Assembly: GCA_963821525.1 (NCBI GenBank)
Contig: CAWGED010000007.1
Coordinates: forward strand, 1 to 64,000
Direction: 5' to 3'
DNA length: 64,000 nt
DNA from: an uncultured Gemmatimonadales bacterium
GTDB lineage: Bacteria; Gemmatimonadota; Gemmatimonadetes; Gemmatimonadales; GWC2-71-9
Notes under the pieces: generated by a model
Seen by the model: the letters and a program-made list of their open reading frames with translations, nothing else
What the model was told of the DNA's origin: nothing
Databases searched by the model: none
Translations under genes and position numbers: made by a program
Shown: piece by piece, positions 32,403-44,301 of the stretch
How positions within the stretch are numbered: the stretch's first letter is position 1
How the letters are laid out: every line of letters starts with the position of its first letter

Positions 32403-33548
32403 ATGCGCATAGCCATTTTCTCGGAAGTCTACTGGCCGATGGTCAGCGGGGTCGGTGTCACCCTGCTGCGTCTCGTGAATGCGCTGGAGAAGCGCGGCCA
32501 TTCGCTGCGCATCTACACGGCCAACTACGCACTCCCGGAAGGGACCGCCGACCGCCCCGAGGTACACCGGTCGACCAGTGTCCCGTTCTTTCTGTATCCC
32601 GATATCCAGTGGGCTTTCCCCCGGGCGCGGGACATCGAGGACGATCTCGCTGCCTTCCAGCCCGATGTGGTTCACGTGGCGACGGAATTCGCCATGGGCC
32701 TCGCAGGGCTTAAAGCGGCCGAACGGCTCGGCATCCCGGTCATCTCCTCCGCTCACACCGACTATCAGAAGTACGCCTATCGCTACGGCGTGCCGTGGGC
32801 ATTGGATATCGGGTGGATTTATGGACGGTGGTTTTACAACCGGACTGCGAAGGTGTTGTGTCCGTCGCGCCTTTATGAGGAGTACCTGCACACCCGGGGA
32901 ATTCTGCACACTGGAGTTTGGACTCGCGGAGTGGATCCTGAAGAGTTCAACCCCGCGTTCCGCAGCGAGAGCTATCGCCAGTCATTCGGGGTCGGTCCCG
33001 ATGATCTCCTGGTGACCTACATCGGACGCCTGGCCAAAGAAAAGGATTTGGGCCGCTTGCTGGATGCCTGGCGCGGTCTGGGAAACCGGAAAGGCAACGC
33101 TCAGCTGGTGCTGGTAGGGAAGGGGCCCATGGGAGACGACCTGAAGCGTCATCCGATGGCCGGAGTCCATCTGGCCGGTCTTCGGCATGGCCGCGCGCTG
33201 GGCGAGGCCTATGCCTCCGCCGATCTCTTCGTGTTCCCTTCTTGCACCGAAACGTTCGGCAACTCGCTCCTCGAAGCGATGGGGTCGGGTCTCCCCTCAC
33301 TCGCCGTTGCCGATGGCGGGGTCATCGAGTTCGCCAACCAGGGAGCGAACGCGCTCCTCGTGAAACCGAGAGACACCGGTGCCTTGCTCACCGGGCTCCA
33401 GCGGTTGCTTCAGGACGCCGAGCTGCGTCACCGTCTCGCCCAGGGAGGGCTCAAGACCGCGGAAGAACGCGCGTGGGGCCCGATCCACGACCAGCTGCTG
33501 GCGGACTATCAGTGGGTGGCGGAGATGCGGCGGACTAGAGCGGCCTGA
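32403..33548 (+). CDS. Glycosyltransferase family 4
   Basis: YWPMVSGV, GRLAKEK, FPSCTETFGNSLLEAMGSG. Confidence 0.92.
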   Translation: MRIAIFSEVYWPMVSGVGVTLLRLVNALEKRGHSLRIYTANYALPEGTADRPEVHRSTSVPFFLYPDIQWAFPRARDIEDDLAAFQPDVVHVATEFAMGLAGLKAAERLGIPVISSAHTDYQKYAYRYGVPWALDIGWIYGRWFYNRTAKVLCPSRLYEEYLHTRGILHTGVWTRGVDPEEFNPAFRSESYRQSFGVGPDDLLVTYIGRLAKEKDLGRLLDAWRGLGNRKGNAQLVLVGKGPMGDDLKRHPMAGVHLAGLRHGRALGEAYASADLFVFPSCTETFGNSLLEAMGSGLPSLAVADGGVIEFANQGANALLVKPRDTGALLTGLQRLLQDAELRHRLAQGGLKTAEERAWGPIHDQLLADYQWVAEMRRTRAA

Positions 33549-33554
33549 TGTCTG

Positions 33555-33740
33555 GCCGTCAGCCGTCAGCCGTCAGCCGCGAGCAATTAGAGTGTCGCCA
33601 TTAGCCATTAGCAACGAAGCCGCAGGCCCCGATCGGGAATCTGCGGCTTCTGCTTTTGTGTATGGGTTAGGGCTCAAGCCTCTCTAACCGCTAACCGCTA
33701 ACCGCTAACGTCGCTGACGGCTGACGGCCGAGGGCTGACT
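33555..33740. repeat. Inverted pair of heptamer arrays (GCCGTCA/GCCATTA left; CTAACCG/CTGACGG right)
   Basis: (gccgtca)3 gccgcga gcaatta ..(gccatta)2 ... (ctaaccg)3 ..(ctgacgg)2 ccgaggg ctgactc. Confidence 0.92.
33616..33657 (+). terminator. Intrinsic terminator between convergent genes
   Basis: gaagccgcag ... ctgcggcttc followed by tgctttt. Confidence 0.7.
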
Positions 33741-34769
33741 CACCGCAACGCCAAATACACCAATCCCGCCGTCGCCGCACTCATCGGAATCGTCAGGATC
33801 CAGGCCCACACGATTTTCCCCGCAACTCCCCAGCGCACCGCAGAGATCCGATTCGCTGTACCGACCCCGACAATCGCACCGGTGATCGTGTGAGTCGTGC
33901 TCACCGGGATGCCCAGCCGTGAGGCGAGGAGAATGGTGATGCCTCCGGCCGTCTCCGCGCAGAATCCTCCGAAGGGCCGCAGTCGCGTGATCCGTTGACC
34001 CATCGTCTTCACGATCCGCCAGCCACCCGTCGCCGTTCCCAGCGAAATCGCCGAGTAGGCCGCGAACTCCACCCAGAGCGGCACATGATCCGCCGAGGTC
34101 AGATGCAGGTGGGCGAGCCAGCCCGTCTTGTCGGCGAAGAGGGATTGGGTGGATACCAAGAGGCCCACGATGATGCCCATCGTCTTCTGGGCGTCGTTGG
34201 CGCCGTGTCCGATCGAGTAGAGTGCGGCCGACAGCAGCTGGAGTCTTCGGAACGTCCGATCGATGGGACCGGGCTGCCCCCGCCGGAGCAGCCAGGAGAG
34301 CCCAACCGTCATCCCGAGTGCGAGGGTCAGGCCGATCAGGGGAGAAAGGAAGATGAAGGCGATCGGCAGCACCCATCCGCTTCCGATCAAGGCGCTGGCC
34401 CCCGCCTTGGCGACGGCGGCTCCGCCTAAGCCCGCCCATCAGCGCGTGCGATGACGAACTGGGAAGTCCCAGCCACCAGGTGATGAGGTTCCAGACGATC
34501 GCCCCGGTGAGCGCGGCGAGGATGACGTGAGGATCCAGCACCGAGGGCTCGACCAGGCCCTTACCGATGGTCTTGGCGACGGCGGTGCCGACCAGGAAGG
34601 CGGCAACGAAATTGAAGACCGCGGCCCACACGACGGCCACGGCCGGGGTGAGCACCCGGGTCGCGACCACGGTGGCTATCGAATTGGCGCTGTCGTGGAA
34701 ACCGTTGATGAAGTCGAAAAGCAGCGCGACGCCGATGATCGCGACGATGTAGAGGACGGGGCCATCCAT
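33740..34769 (-). CDS. pit: Inorganic phosphate transporter PiT (frameshift near 34430)
   Basis: NGFHDSANSIAT, GLPSSSSHAL, HGANDAQK, PVSTTH. Confidence 0.94.
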
Positions 34770-34772
34770 CGT

Positions 34773-35393
34773 TCAGCTGTGCTTGATCGAGATGGACTCC
34801 AGCACATTCGCCGTGTCTTCGGCCTGGTCCAGCGTTCGCTCAAGATTGTCGTACAGCTCCTTCCACTTGATGAGGGTGACCGGATCAGGGTTTCCCTCGA
34901 AAGCCTTGCCGAGCCATTCGTGGTAAAGCGAGTCTCCCTCCTCCTCCAGCCGCTTTACCGCGATGCAGGCGGGGAGCACGACCCCATCCTTCGTATTGCC
35001 CAGCCCCTTCACCGCGATCAGCAACTGTTCACTGGCACGCCGGATGACGTTGGCCAGGAGGATCGCGCCTTCGGGCACTTTGTCGATGCGAAAGATCTGA
35101 GACCGACGGGCCAGCCCGTCGATGAAGTCGATCACGTCGTCCAGGCCTGAGGCCAGCGCGTGGATGTCCTCCCGGTCGAGCGGCGTGATGAAGGTCCGGT
35201 CCAGCCTGGTTACGACCTCGTGGGTCAACTGGTCGCACTCGTGCTCCAGCCGCTTGATCGCGTCGACTATATGGTTTCGCTGGTTCACCTCGGCACGCAG
35301 CAGGTCCTCCAATAGTCCTGAGGCCTCGACATTCCGCTCAGCCACGGCGGTGAAAAGGTTGAAGAAGCGTTCATCACGGGGGAGAAGGCGCAC
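34773..35393 (-). CDS. DUF47 / PhoU-like Pit accessory protein
   Basis: EHECD, TFITPLDREDI, LEEEGD; adjacent to pit. Confidence 0.92.
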   Translation of the reverse strand: MRLLPRDERFFNLFTAVAERNVEASGLLEDLLRAEVNQRNHIVDAIKRLEHECDQLTHEVVTRLDRTFITPLDREDIHALASGLDDVIDFIDGLARRSQIFRIDKVPEGAILLANVIRRASEQLLIAVKGLGNTKDGVVLPACIAVKRLEEEGDSLYHEWLGKAFEGNPDPVTLIKWKELYDNLERTLDQAEDTANVLESISIKHS

Positions 35394-35399
35394 GGAAGA

Positions 35400-37614
35400 C
35401 TCCGGAAGTTTGTAACGATGAGGTAACGACGGGGGAGAAGATAGCTTGGGAGCCGACGAGGGGAAGGGAAGGGTCGGCGAAGATCAGAACTCCGGTAACC
35501 CGTGCGGCCATGGTATGCCAACTCGGTGGCTGGCTTCGGGATCGAGGCCAGGGCCCGCTTCAAACTCGCATCATCCAGGGTGCTCATTCTCGATACCAGC
35601 TCGGCTTCGCCCGCCGTATGACCTCTGACCGTGAAGCGCACGGCCTGCTCCAGTGCATCAAGACCTCGGACGTCGCGCGCCTGGGTAGCCAACTCGATCA
35701 GTTGGCGCAGTCGCTGGAGTAGTTGGGCCTGTCCCGGGGATGGGTTGGTCGCCGCCCATCGAGCGCTGTTGCCACCGCGACTGCGGAGGGTGATCACTGG
35801 TTGAGTCGCCTGAAGCGCGAGATCGATCTCCTGATCTGATGCTCTTCGATTTCTGGCACCCGCGGCGTGGAGGAGTCTCGGTTGCACCTGCTCTGGTGCC
35901 TCGCTCCACTCTCCTCCTGTCAGCCATCCGGCTGTACTGAATCGCAAACAGACCGATTCGCAGCTGGCGGTGAGTTCGAAGCCGGCCAGGATCCCCTCTT
36001 CCCGCGATTCAATCACCGCCACGCCACGGCCCGGCGGCTCCGTCCGGGAGGAAGTCGAGAAGCTCCTCCCGCCACCGGAAGAGCCATCGCCCTCCGTCGC
36101 CCAGACCGGCCAACTGAGGCATTTGCGCCTTTCGCGCCAGGATCTCGCGGCCGTGCAGCCTCTCTTCGCCTTGGAAGGTCGGCTGGTAGCGAATCGATTC
36201 GACCCGCTGGTGTCGAGATCCGAGCCGAGCCGCTCGACCATCCCGCTGGGCAAGGCCGACCTCGAGTCCAGGGCAAGTCGTAGTGGATCACTCGTTCTGC
36301 GAGTTGCAGATCCAATCCTTCCGCCGATACATCGGTGGTCAGGAGGATGTGTGGGCCCGCAGCCTGAGGTCGTTGGGTTGGAGAAAACCAGGCGAGGATG
36401 TCGTCGCGCGCCATCAGGCTCGCTCCAATTCCGGATCGATCGCCGGTGCACCAGGCCGGTCCCAACGATGCGAGGCGCCTTCGCAAATAGCTCACGGTCT
36501 CGCGATAGCAGGTAAAGACCAGGGTAACCCTGCCATCGCGCAGCACGTCTCCGAGTCGTCCCGGTTTCCTATCGGTCTCCGCCCACCAGGCGGACTCCTG
36601 CATGAGACAATCCAGTCCAGCCCCGTCCTCGAGCACCAGCTCCCCGTGCTCTTCGGCCTGTGGTAGCAGGGCCCACAACACGAGTTGCTCGTCCGCCCCG
36701 GCCGTGAATCGCCGCAGTGCGGCTCGATCCATCGGGCGCCCCGCCGCCCGCGCATCCGCTGCATGGTGGAGCAATGCCCGATAGCGCCGCAGCACCCCAT
36801 GGAGAGCGGCGGGACTCGATTCCATCGCTCGATAAAGCATGTTGCGGAGGATCGAAGCCGTGCCCGGCTTCGTCGAGAGAGATAGACGGTCGAGCCCCGA
36901 GACGATCGCCGATGGCCGGTCCGTCTCCCCATCCAGGACGGTGCGTTGAGTCAGGCGTGGTCGGCCAGTGACCTCGTCCGAGCGGGTGATCACGAGCTCG
37001 CCGAGTGCGGGATGACCGGTCTCACCGCGAAGCAGCGTCGTCAGCGAGGATACGCCGTGCCACACCAGGCAATCGTCCCTGACCGCCAGCAGCAGCTGAT
37101 GCGCCAGATCGATCAATCGGTTCACGATCGGAGTCGCACTGAGCAGGAGCGCATGCCGGCCTGTCAGGTAGGGCGCAAGCGTTCGGTAGCGGCGGGAACC
37201 GGGATTTCGATACCAGTGGGATTCATCCACGATCACGAGGCGAGGACGAACCGAAGGGAGTACGCCTCGACTGATGCGCTCGTGCGAGTGAGCGTCGATG
37301 GTGACGTGGAGTTGTTCAGCGGTGCGCTGCCATTGCTGGAGCAGCGCGGCTGGTGCCAGGACTACTAACCCACCGCGGCCCTGCCACAACGATCCCACGG
37401 CCAGCGCCGAGTAGGTCTTTCCGCTGCCGGTCGGGTCTGCCAGCAACGCGCCGCCGTAGCGGGTGAGCGTGCTCAAGACTCGGCGGACACCTTGGCGTTG
37501 ATCTTCTCGCAGCCAGTCGGGCAGTTCCACATCCGATCGCGAAGACCGGAGACTCGCTGCGATAGCCCGGGCAATGTCTCCCGCATCGCCCGGTGGAAGG
37601 TCAGTGCCGGCCAC
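35400..37614 (-). CDS. SNF2-like SF2 helicase (several frameshifts; 3' end approximate)
   Basis: LLADPTGSGKT, IVDESH, LLLSATP, TDVSAEGLDLQ, HYDLPW; QRDGR in the next frame. Confidence 0.8.
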
Positions 37615-40600
37615 CGGCGGTCGCGACGGAGGCCAGTGTCTCCCTGGCCGATTGCGGCAGATCCAGTAGTTCGGCGCAGTGAGCATCGATCGCGTCCTGC
37701 ACGATCGCTCCTTGAGCGCCCAGCCTGGCAAGGTGCGCCAGCTTCGAATCGTCCGGAACCGAAGGCGGAAGGGGAAGCGATCCAACTACCCTCGCGTTGA
37801 ATCGCGCGAAGCCACCGCGTGCCGGATCCGCTACCGCACGTGCAGCCGCGCGCATCCAGGTCGAGTTGAGCCATGCCGCCAAGGCACTCGCCTGATCGGC
37901 CGATTCGGCGGCAATGACGTAGCAGGTGTTGAGCGGAACCCGATCCCGATCCGCCGGTTCGGTAAGCGCTGCCGCCGTGAGCCGGCGGCGAATGTCGGAC
38001 CAGATCACTCGAAACGGTGCCGATGCGGCGCGGGTGCGGAACAGCGTCCAGGAGGGGCCGCCTACATAGTCGGCCCGGGCTCGGAGAACTCCCTCGTGAC
38101 AGGTGAAGTACTCCAAGGCGCGCCGCGGGAGCTTGCGGTAGACCCTGCCGCGCTCATCGTGAGGCCAGAGCAGGCGAATTCGATCCGTGGTGCCGAATGG
38201 GCGCACGTCCCGTCCCCGGATGCCCCAGCGAATCAAGCATCCTTCGATGAACTCCGGTGGGTCGAGGAAGATCTGATTGGCCCCGGTCTTGGCGCCTAAC
38301 TGAAGCGCGAAGCGTTCGCCGAGAGCCGGATGGTTGGACCGGATGAGATCGAGAGCGTCGTGGGCCGCCGACGGGAGCAGAATCCAGGGGGCGCCACCGA
38401 GCAGCCGGCACTGAGAGACCTGGTAGCTCCCGCCGGATCCGAGAGTGGTATGGATGAGATGATCACGCGGAGCCGTAGTCTTGGAGGCAACCAGCGCGAG
38501 CGGATAGACCGTCGCATCAAAACCATTCTGCTCCGGCGTGGTGAGATCGGTCAGGCGGTGGATCGTTGTGTGCGCTGCAAGACCGCGACGGGCCGCTACA
38601 CCGTAGGCCGCCGTCGCCAGCTTGGCCGGCAGGAGAAACCCCAGCACTCCTCCATCGCCCAGCAACTCCAGTCCGCGCTCGAGAAACGCGATCGCCAGAT
38701 CCGGCTGGTGGGCGAAGCCGCTGCTACCGCTGTGCCACCACCGGTAGCGTGCCCCCAGGCTGTTCGCTGCGCCGGAGGAAGATCCTCGGCCCGCACCCAC
38801 GGCGGGTTCCCTACCACGATGTCGAACCCGCCCTGCGAGACCACGTCTGCGAAGTGGCACTCAAACTGAAACCAGGGCACCTGCCCTTCTTCGGTGACCC
38901 GTCGCCGCAGGCGGCGGAGCCGCTGAAGTTGCTGCCGCGCCGCGCGGAGTCGCTCTCCGGTCTCTCGATCAAGCCCGCGCCGGCGGCCGAAGAGATCCGG
39001 CGCCCGCGCCTCGGCGAGACACTCGGCAACGGTAGCCTCGACTCGCGCGATTACTCCATCCAGGCACTCCAGCATGGCGGCCAGTTCTGTCTGACGCAGT
39101 CTGCGCGCCAGGTCCTGCTTGTTCTCCCCCACCGCAACGACAAACCTGCGGCGCAACTCGGCGATGGCGTGGGCCGCCGCCCTCGGCAGGAGTGGTAGCG
39201 TTGTCACCAGGCGGGCCGGATCGAGGAGGCTGTCCCCTTGTCGAATCAGCCCGTCGAGATTGGGCAAGGGTTCAACCGCTTCCGGCTCCTGTGCCGGATC
39301 GTGCGCAATTACGGCCAGCCATAACCGCAGCTCGGTGAGCCGGACCGCCATCGGGTTCAGGTCCACTCCGAACAGATTGCGGGCCAGCACCGTGCGACGG
39401 ATGCGCGCGCCCGATTCGTTGCTCCCGTGCAGGTCGGCGAGTCGCTCCAGCATGCCGAGAAGGAAGGCGCCTGAGCCGACCGCGGGATCCAGTACGGTGA
39501 CCTCGGCGACCAGCCGGCGGACGCTTGCATCCGGAGTTCCGAGGTGTTCCGCTGCGGTTTCCAACGAGCAGCCGAGCCGGCTCGCCAGGTAGGCTTCCAG
39601 GGTGGCATCAACCAGCTGCGAAACCAGATGCACCGGCGTATAGAATGTTCCGCTGCCATGCCGTGCCTCCGGCTCCATCACCCCCTCGAAGACTCGCCCC
39701 AGCATGTCGGGCGCCACTTCTCCCTCGGCTCCGTTCTCATTCACCGTGAACGCGAAACGCTCGAACAAATGGTCGAAGGCGTCTCTCCAGACGGCGTTGG
39801 GAACCTCGCCCCGCCATTGGCGCTCGAGAGGGTGCGGCTCAAAGAGACCGCCATTCAGGAAGGGGATTCGCCCAAAGCATCGAGCTCGGCCTCGCGCTTC
39901 GGCGCGGCGATTGAGCGTGCCGAAGAACAGTGGTTGAAACAGGTGGCGGTGTAGCTTGCGGCGACGGGCCAGACAATCATCGACGGCCTGGCGGAGGAAG
40001 TCTGGTCGCCCATCCAGCCATCCTTTGCACTGCACGAAATAGAGGAAGAGGACTCTGGTGAGGTGGAGCAGCGCGAGATGGTGGCGTTGTTCTGGCTGGA
40101 GTCTTCCGGTCAGTCCTTCGGAGAACTGTGCGACGAGTTGACGGAAGCTGGTGAAGAATCGCTTGCCCGCATCCTCCTCCTCCAGAATTTCGGCGAGGCG
40201 GAGCGCAAGGCCGAGTCCGGTTGCGGAGCCACATCGCCCGAGTCGTTCGAGCCGCTGAACTACTCTCGGGTCGGGAGAGGGCAGGGACAAAATGGCCGTG
40301 GGGCCTCTGCCGGCCGCGATGGAGACCGCCAGCGTGCGGCTCCGCTCATCGAAGGCGAGGACTCCCACCAGTTTGCCTTGGGCGATGAACCGTGCGGCGA
40401 GCCTTCGGGCTGCCAGGAGCGGCTCCCCGGTGGCGACCGCCAGCCACTCGAATCCGGCCGTGCGCCCCAATACGGAGGCGGCCGTCACCTCGAGGCTCGA
40501 GTTGACGGGCACCAGGACGCCCGGGTTCAGTTCTTCCCACAGGCTCGATTGGCCCAAGTGAGGCATCAACCCGGCAAGGTCGCGGAACCCGCGGATCCCC

Positions 40601-40650
40601 CCGAGGGTTAGAACCAGAGACACGGACCCTCCGCTGCGGTGGGGGTCCAT
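37601..40650 (-). CDS. Large N6-adenine DNA methyltransferase, Eco57I/TaqI-like (frameshift near 38755)
   Basis: FLNGGLF, DMLGRVFE, GTFYTP, LDPAVGSGAFL, GFDIVVGNPPW, DLAIAFLERG; C-terminal LNS...GGFARF target-recognition-like region. Confidence 0.88.
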
Positions 40651-40745
40651 GCTAGGCACGCCGGGCCGTTAACTTGGTATCCGCGTGCCGCGCTGCGAGG
40701 CGGCAAAACTGCGGCTGAACTTCAGACTACGGAGTCGATCTCGGA

Positions 40746-41407
40746 TGGGGTCACGATTCTTGTGCGTGGCAGGATCTATTCTTGTCGGTGCTCTCCTCAC
40801 TCCTCGGATCGCCCTGGCGCAGACCACTCAGATTGACAGCGCATTCTTCGCGGTGCTCAAAGGCACCGATACGATTGCGGTTGAGACCTTCGCCCGGGAA
40901 GGCCACGAGCTACGGGGTCAATTGGTCAAGGTCGCCGCGGGACGCGAGCGCACCATCTATCGGGCCGCGCTGATGGACGACGCCTCGACCCCGCTCATCA
41001 ATTTCAGCGTCTGGAAGGGTGAAGACCCGCCCAACTCGCCGGCTCGGCAAATGGGACGGGTCATCTTCAAGGAGGACAGCGCGGCGGTGGACGAGGCCGA
41101 CTCGCGGGGACTCCGCACCATCATGTTCCATACCCAGCGCGGAGCCATCGTGTATTTGAATCTCTCCTTTGCCCTCTTGGAGCAGGCGACGCGACGCGCC
41201 CGGACCCTGAAGCAGGATTCGGTCGCGGTGCCGTTCTTCAATCTGGGTGGCGGACAGACGCTGGATGGCACGGTCCTCCGGCTGACCGCCGATTCCGCCG
41301 CGGTCCGCCTCGGATCCGTGGAATTCCGGTTGCAGATCGATCCCGCTGGCCGCATCATGGGTGGAGCAATTCCCTCGCAGAGCCTGGTGGTATCGCGAAG
41401 CCCCTAA
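40746..41407 (+). CDS. Exported hypothetical protein
   Basis: Signal peptide ending ...RIALA-Q; within ORF 40685..41407. Confidence 0.65.
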
Positions 41408-41792
41408 GGAGGGTCACCTGACCGCGGGTCAACACATTCTCCTGGTGGATGACGAGGAAGGCCTGCGGCGGATCGCCAAGCGCGCTCTGGAGCTGGCGGG
41501 CTATCGGGTTACCGTGGCGGCCGACGGAGTGCTGGCGTTGGAAGCATTTCAGGCACACAAGCAGGAGATCGCGCTCGTCGTTTCCGATATCACCATGCCG
41601 AACCTGGACGGCGTCGGTCTGCAGCAAGCGATCCATCAGCAGGGCGATCGAGTACCGTTCCTGTTTATCTCCGGCCTGCCGCCAGAGGATGTGCTTCAAG
41701 CCTCCTCCGGCATGGTGACCGACGTTCTCGCAAAGCCGTGGACCGTGGCCGAGCTGACCGAGCGAGTGAGACAGATTCTTTCACACCCATGA
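41361..41792 (+). CDS. Single-domain response regulator (true start probably near 41418)
   Basis: ILLVDDE, VVSDITMPNLDG, FISG, LAKPW. Confidence 0.9.
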   Translation: MEQFPRRAWWYREAPKEGHLTAGQHILLVDDEEGLRRIAKRALELAGYRVTVAADGVLALEAFQAHKQEIALVVSDITMPNLDGVGLQQAIHQQGDRVPFLFISGLPPEDVLQASSGMVTDVLAKPWTVAELTERVRQILSHP

Positions 41793-42424
41793 GGCCTTCC
41801 CCTCTGCTTCGGCCTCTCGCCGTGCTGCTCGGCGCCGGCAGCTTACTTCTCGTAGGTGCTGCGTCGGTCCATCCTGTCCTGCACGGCTCCGCCTCCGACC
41901 AGCTCGCCATGATCGGCGATACCGGTCACTGGCGCACCATTCACCTGCTCCTCTCCCTGGGGACTGGCCTCTTCATCGTCGGCCTCGGAGCCCGGGCTCT
42001 CTCAACACCCGACTCCCTGCGGCTCGAATATGGAATCGTCTTGATTGTGCTGGCGTTGGGGGAACTACTGAACGGCGTCAATATCGCCTTCATGACCGCG
42101 GCCGGCACCGAGCTCGCGGCACTCGAGCGTCAGACACCAGGCTCGACGACCCTTCTCTACCAGGGAATTCATCCCGCGACGCTGATGGCGGCACGGCTGG
42201 GGTCTTTTCTCGTCGCGATCGCGGCACTGCTCCTGGCCCGACTGGGCAGTCACGACCCGGCGGAGCCGCGCTGGGAGCGCGGGATCACGCTGGTCGCTGG
42301 GGTCGTCGGCCTCGCTGCGGTCCTGTTGCTTCCCGAGACTAACGTCGCGACCCCGATCGGGATCGGCATCATGGCCCTCTGGGGTATCGCGGCTTCGGTG
42401 CGGTTACTGCGGCAGGCGTCCTAG
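41789..42424 (+). CDS. Hypothetical membrane protein
   Basis: Multiple hydrophobic segments; ATGA overlap with the upstream gene. Confidence 0.7.
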   Translation: MRPSPLLRPLAVLLGAGSLLLVGAASVHPVLHGSASDQLAMIGDTGHWRTIHLLLSLGTGLFIVGLGARALSTPDSLRLEYGIVLIVLALGELLNGVNIAFMTAAGTELAALERQTPGSTTLLYQGIHPATLMAARLGSFLVAIAALLLARLGSHDPAEPRWERGITLVAGVVGLAAVLLLPETNVATPIGIGIMALWGIAASVRLLRQAS

Positions 42425-42672
42425 TAGTTCTCCATCACCATCACAGAGAGCTCATCCAGCGCCCGGTGCTCCGGCAGAACGTTGCCGTCCTGATCGAACC
42501 GGATGTTCATGGCGCACAGTTCTTCGAGAGCCGTGCTCTCCTGCGTCTTCAGGGTGAGAACATACGGCTCGCCCGCGGCCCGAATCTCGGCGAGTCGCTG
42601 AATGAGCCAATCCGGCTTGTCGGCCGCTTGTTCAAGCGACTCGACCATCTGGGGAGTGAGGGTGAGCTTCAT
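42421..42672 (-). CDS. Hypothetical protein
   Basis: 83-aa ORF with host-like codon usage. Confidence 0.65.
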   Translation of the reverse strand: MKLTLTPQMVESLEQAADKPDWLIQRLAEIRAAGEPYVLTLKTQESTALEELCAMNIRFDQDGNVLPEHRALDELSVMVMENY

Positions 42673-42675
42673 GGC

Positions 42676-42720
42676 GAAGATTGAAGTTGATTGCCTAATT
42701 GCAATCTTCAGATTTCAATC
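42676..42720. repeat. Short eroded inverted heptamer pair (GATTGAA/CAATCTT family)
   Basis: gaagattgaagttgattg cctaattg caatcttcagatttcaatc. Confidence 0.65.
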
Positions 42721-43234
42721 ACCGGTGTCTCACTACCGACTGCAGCTCTCCCTCGATCAGCTCCAGCTGCCGTTCGATGTCGTTGTGATCGAGATCGGTG
42801 TCGGGCGCGGGTACCCCGTTCTGAGAGAAGAGGGTCGCGACCAGCGCATCGGTGTAGCCCACGACGGCCACCGCGATGCCCTTGTCCAGCGTGCGATTCA
42901 GGTGAAGAATGATCGCCATCGCCTGGCGAGGACGGAGGCCCGCGAAGATCGGGGCCAGCTGGCGGGTGAGCAGTTCGCGGAGGAATTGGATTTCTTCCAC
43001 GACCTCCCCCGCGGCGAGGCCACGCGCGGCTCCCACACGCCCGTAATGTTCGCAGGCGTGGAACCAGACTTCGCGCACTTCCTGGCGCATGGGCCCGACC
43101 GTCTCCACCAGCACGTCCATCAGGAGACGCAGCTCGCGTTCGACGGTGTGGGGAGGCACGTGAGGCGCGGCGGTGAGACGCACACCGAGCCAATCTGCCC
43201 ATTGTGTTACTACTTTGTCCCGCAGATCGGTCAT
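42719..43234 (-). CDS. RsbRD N-terminal-like domain protein
   Basis: HYGRVGAARGLAAGEVVEEIQFLRE resembles the RsbRD_N pattern. Confidence 0.6.
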   Translation of the reverse strand: MTDLRDKVVTQWADWLGVRLTAAPHVPPHTVERELRLLMDVLVETVGPMRQEVREVWFHACEHYGRVGAARGLAAGEVVEEIQFLRELLTRQLAPIFAGLRPRQAMAIILHLNRTLDKGIAVAVVGYTDALVATLFSQNGVPAPDTDLDHNDIERQLELIEGELQSVVRHR

Positions 43235-43331
43235 TGCACGACCGACCGTTTGTAACGTCGGGTGAGACGCTCGCAATGCCACGACTCCATGGTGTGGTGA
43301 GAGCAGCGCGACAATCTACACGGGAGCCAGA

Positions 43332-44294
43332 ATGGGGTCAAAGGACGTTATTCGCCCTCGCATGCTGAAGGCCGGCAGCCGCATCGCGCTCATCGCGCCC
43401 GCCGGGCCGCTGCTCAATCGCGACGATCTCACCCGTGGCGAAGAGCTGTGCCGAGCGCTGGGATACGAGCCGGTGCTCTTCCCCAACGCGGGGCGCGCCT
43501 ACGGCTATCTCGCCGGAACCGACGAGGAACGGCTCGCCGACCTGAATGCCGCGCTGCGGGATCCCTCGCTGGATGCGGTCTGGTGCCTCCGCGGTGGGTA
43601 CGGCATGACTCGCATTCTCTCGCAGGTGGACTACAAGGCGTTGGCTCGCGCCCCCAAGGCCGTGATCGGATACTCCGATATCACGGCGCTGCTTCTCGGG
43701 ATCTACCGAGAAGCTTCGGTCGTCAGCTTTCATGGACCGGTCGCGTACTCCAGTCTCTCTCCATTCTCGCGCTGGCACTTCGATCGGGTGCTGACAATGC
43801 CGGCTCCCGCCGGCCGCCTCGGACGGGTGGCCCCGCCATCCGACGTGCTGGTGCCCGGTGATCTCCGCGTCGTCACCTTGAAGAGCGGTGTGGCCGAAGG
43901 GCGCCTGCTCGGCGGCAACCTCTCCCTGTTGCAGTGTATGGTGGGCACCAGGCACCAGCCGGACTTTGACGGGGCCATTCTCTTCATCGAAGACGTGGGA
44001 GAGGCGTTGTACCGCGTGGACCGTATGTTGTCCCATCTGAAGCTGGCCGGTATTCTCGACAAACTGGCCGGCGTAATCGTGGGCCAGTTCACCGAAATGG
44101 ACGAAGGGGGAGAAGACGGGGCCCTGGGCTTCGATCAGGTCCTGGCCAACTACTTCCTGCCCCTGGGTATTCCTGTGGCTTACGGATTTCCCTTTGGTCA
44201 CGTCACCGAAAAGTGGACCCTCCCGGTCGGTGTGAAGGCGAGACTCGACGCAGGGGCCGGAGAAGTCGAGATCCTCGAACCGGCAGTCTCCTGA
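43332..44294 (+). CDS. ldcA: LD-carboxypeptidase (S66)
   Basis: RGGYG, IGYSDIT, GGNLS, FIEDVGE, FGH. Confidence 0.93.
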   Translation: MGSKDVIRPRMLKAGSRIALIAPAGPLLNRDDLTRGEELCRALGYEPVLFPNAGRAYGYLAGTDEERLADLNAALRDPSLDAVWCLRGGYGMTRILSQVDYKALARAPKAVIGYSDITALLLGIYREASVVSFHGPVAYSSLSPFSRWHFDRVLTMPAPAGRLGRVAPPSDVLVPGDLRVVTLKSGVAEGRLLGGNLSLLQCMVGTRHQPDFDGAILFIEDVGEALYRVDRMLSHLKLAGILDKLAGVIVGQFTEMDEGGEDGALGFDQVLANYFLPLGIPVAYGFPFGHVTEKWTLPVGVKARLDAGAGEVEILEPAVS

Positions 44295-44301
44295 TCTCGC
44301 T

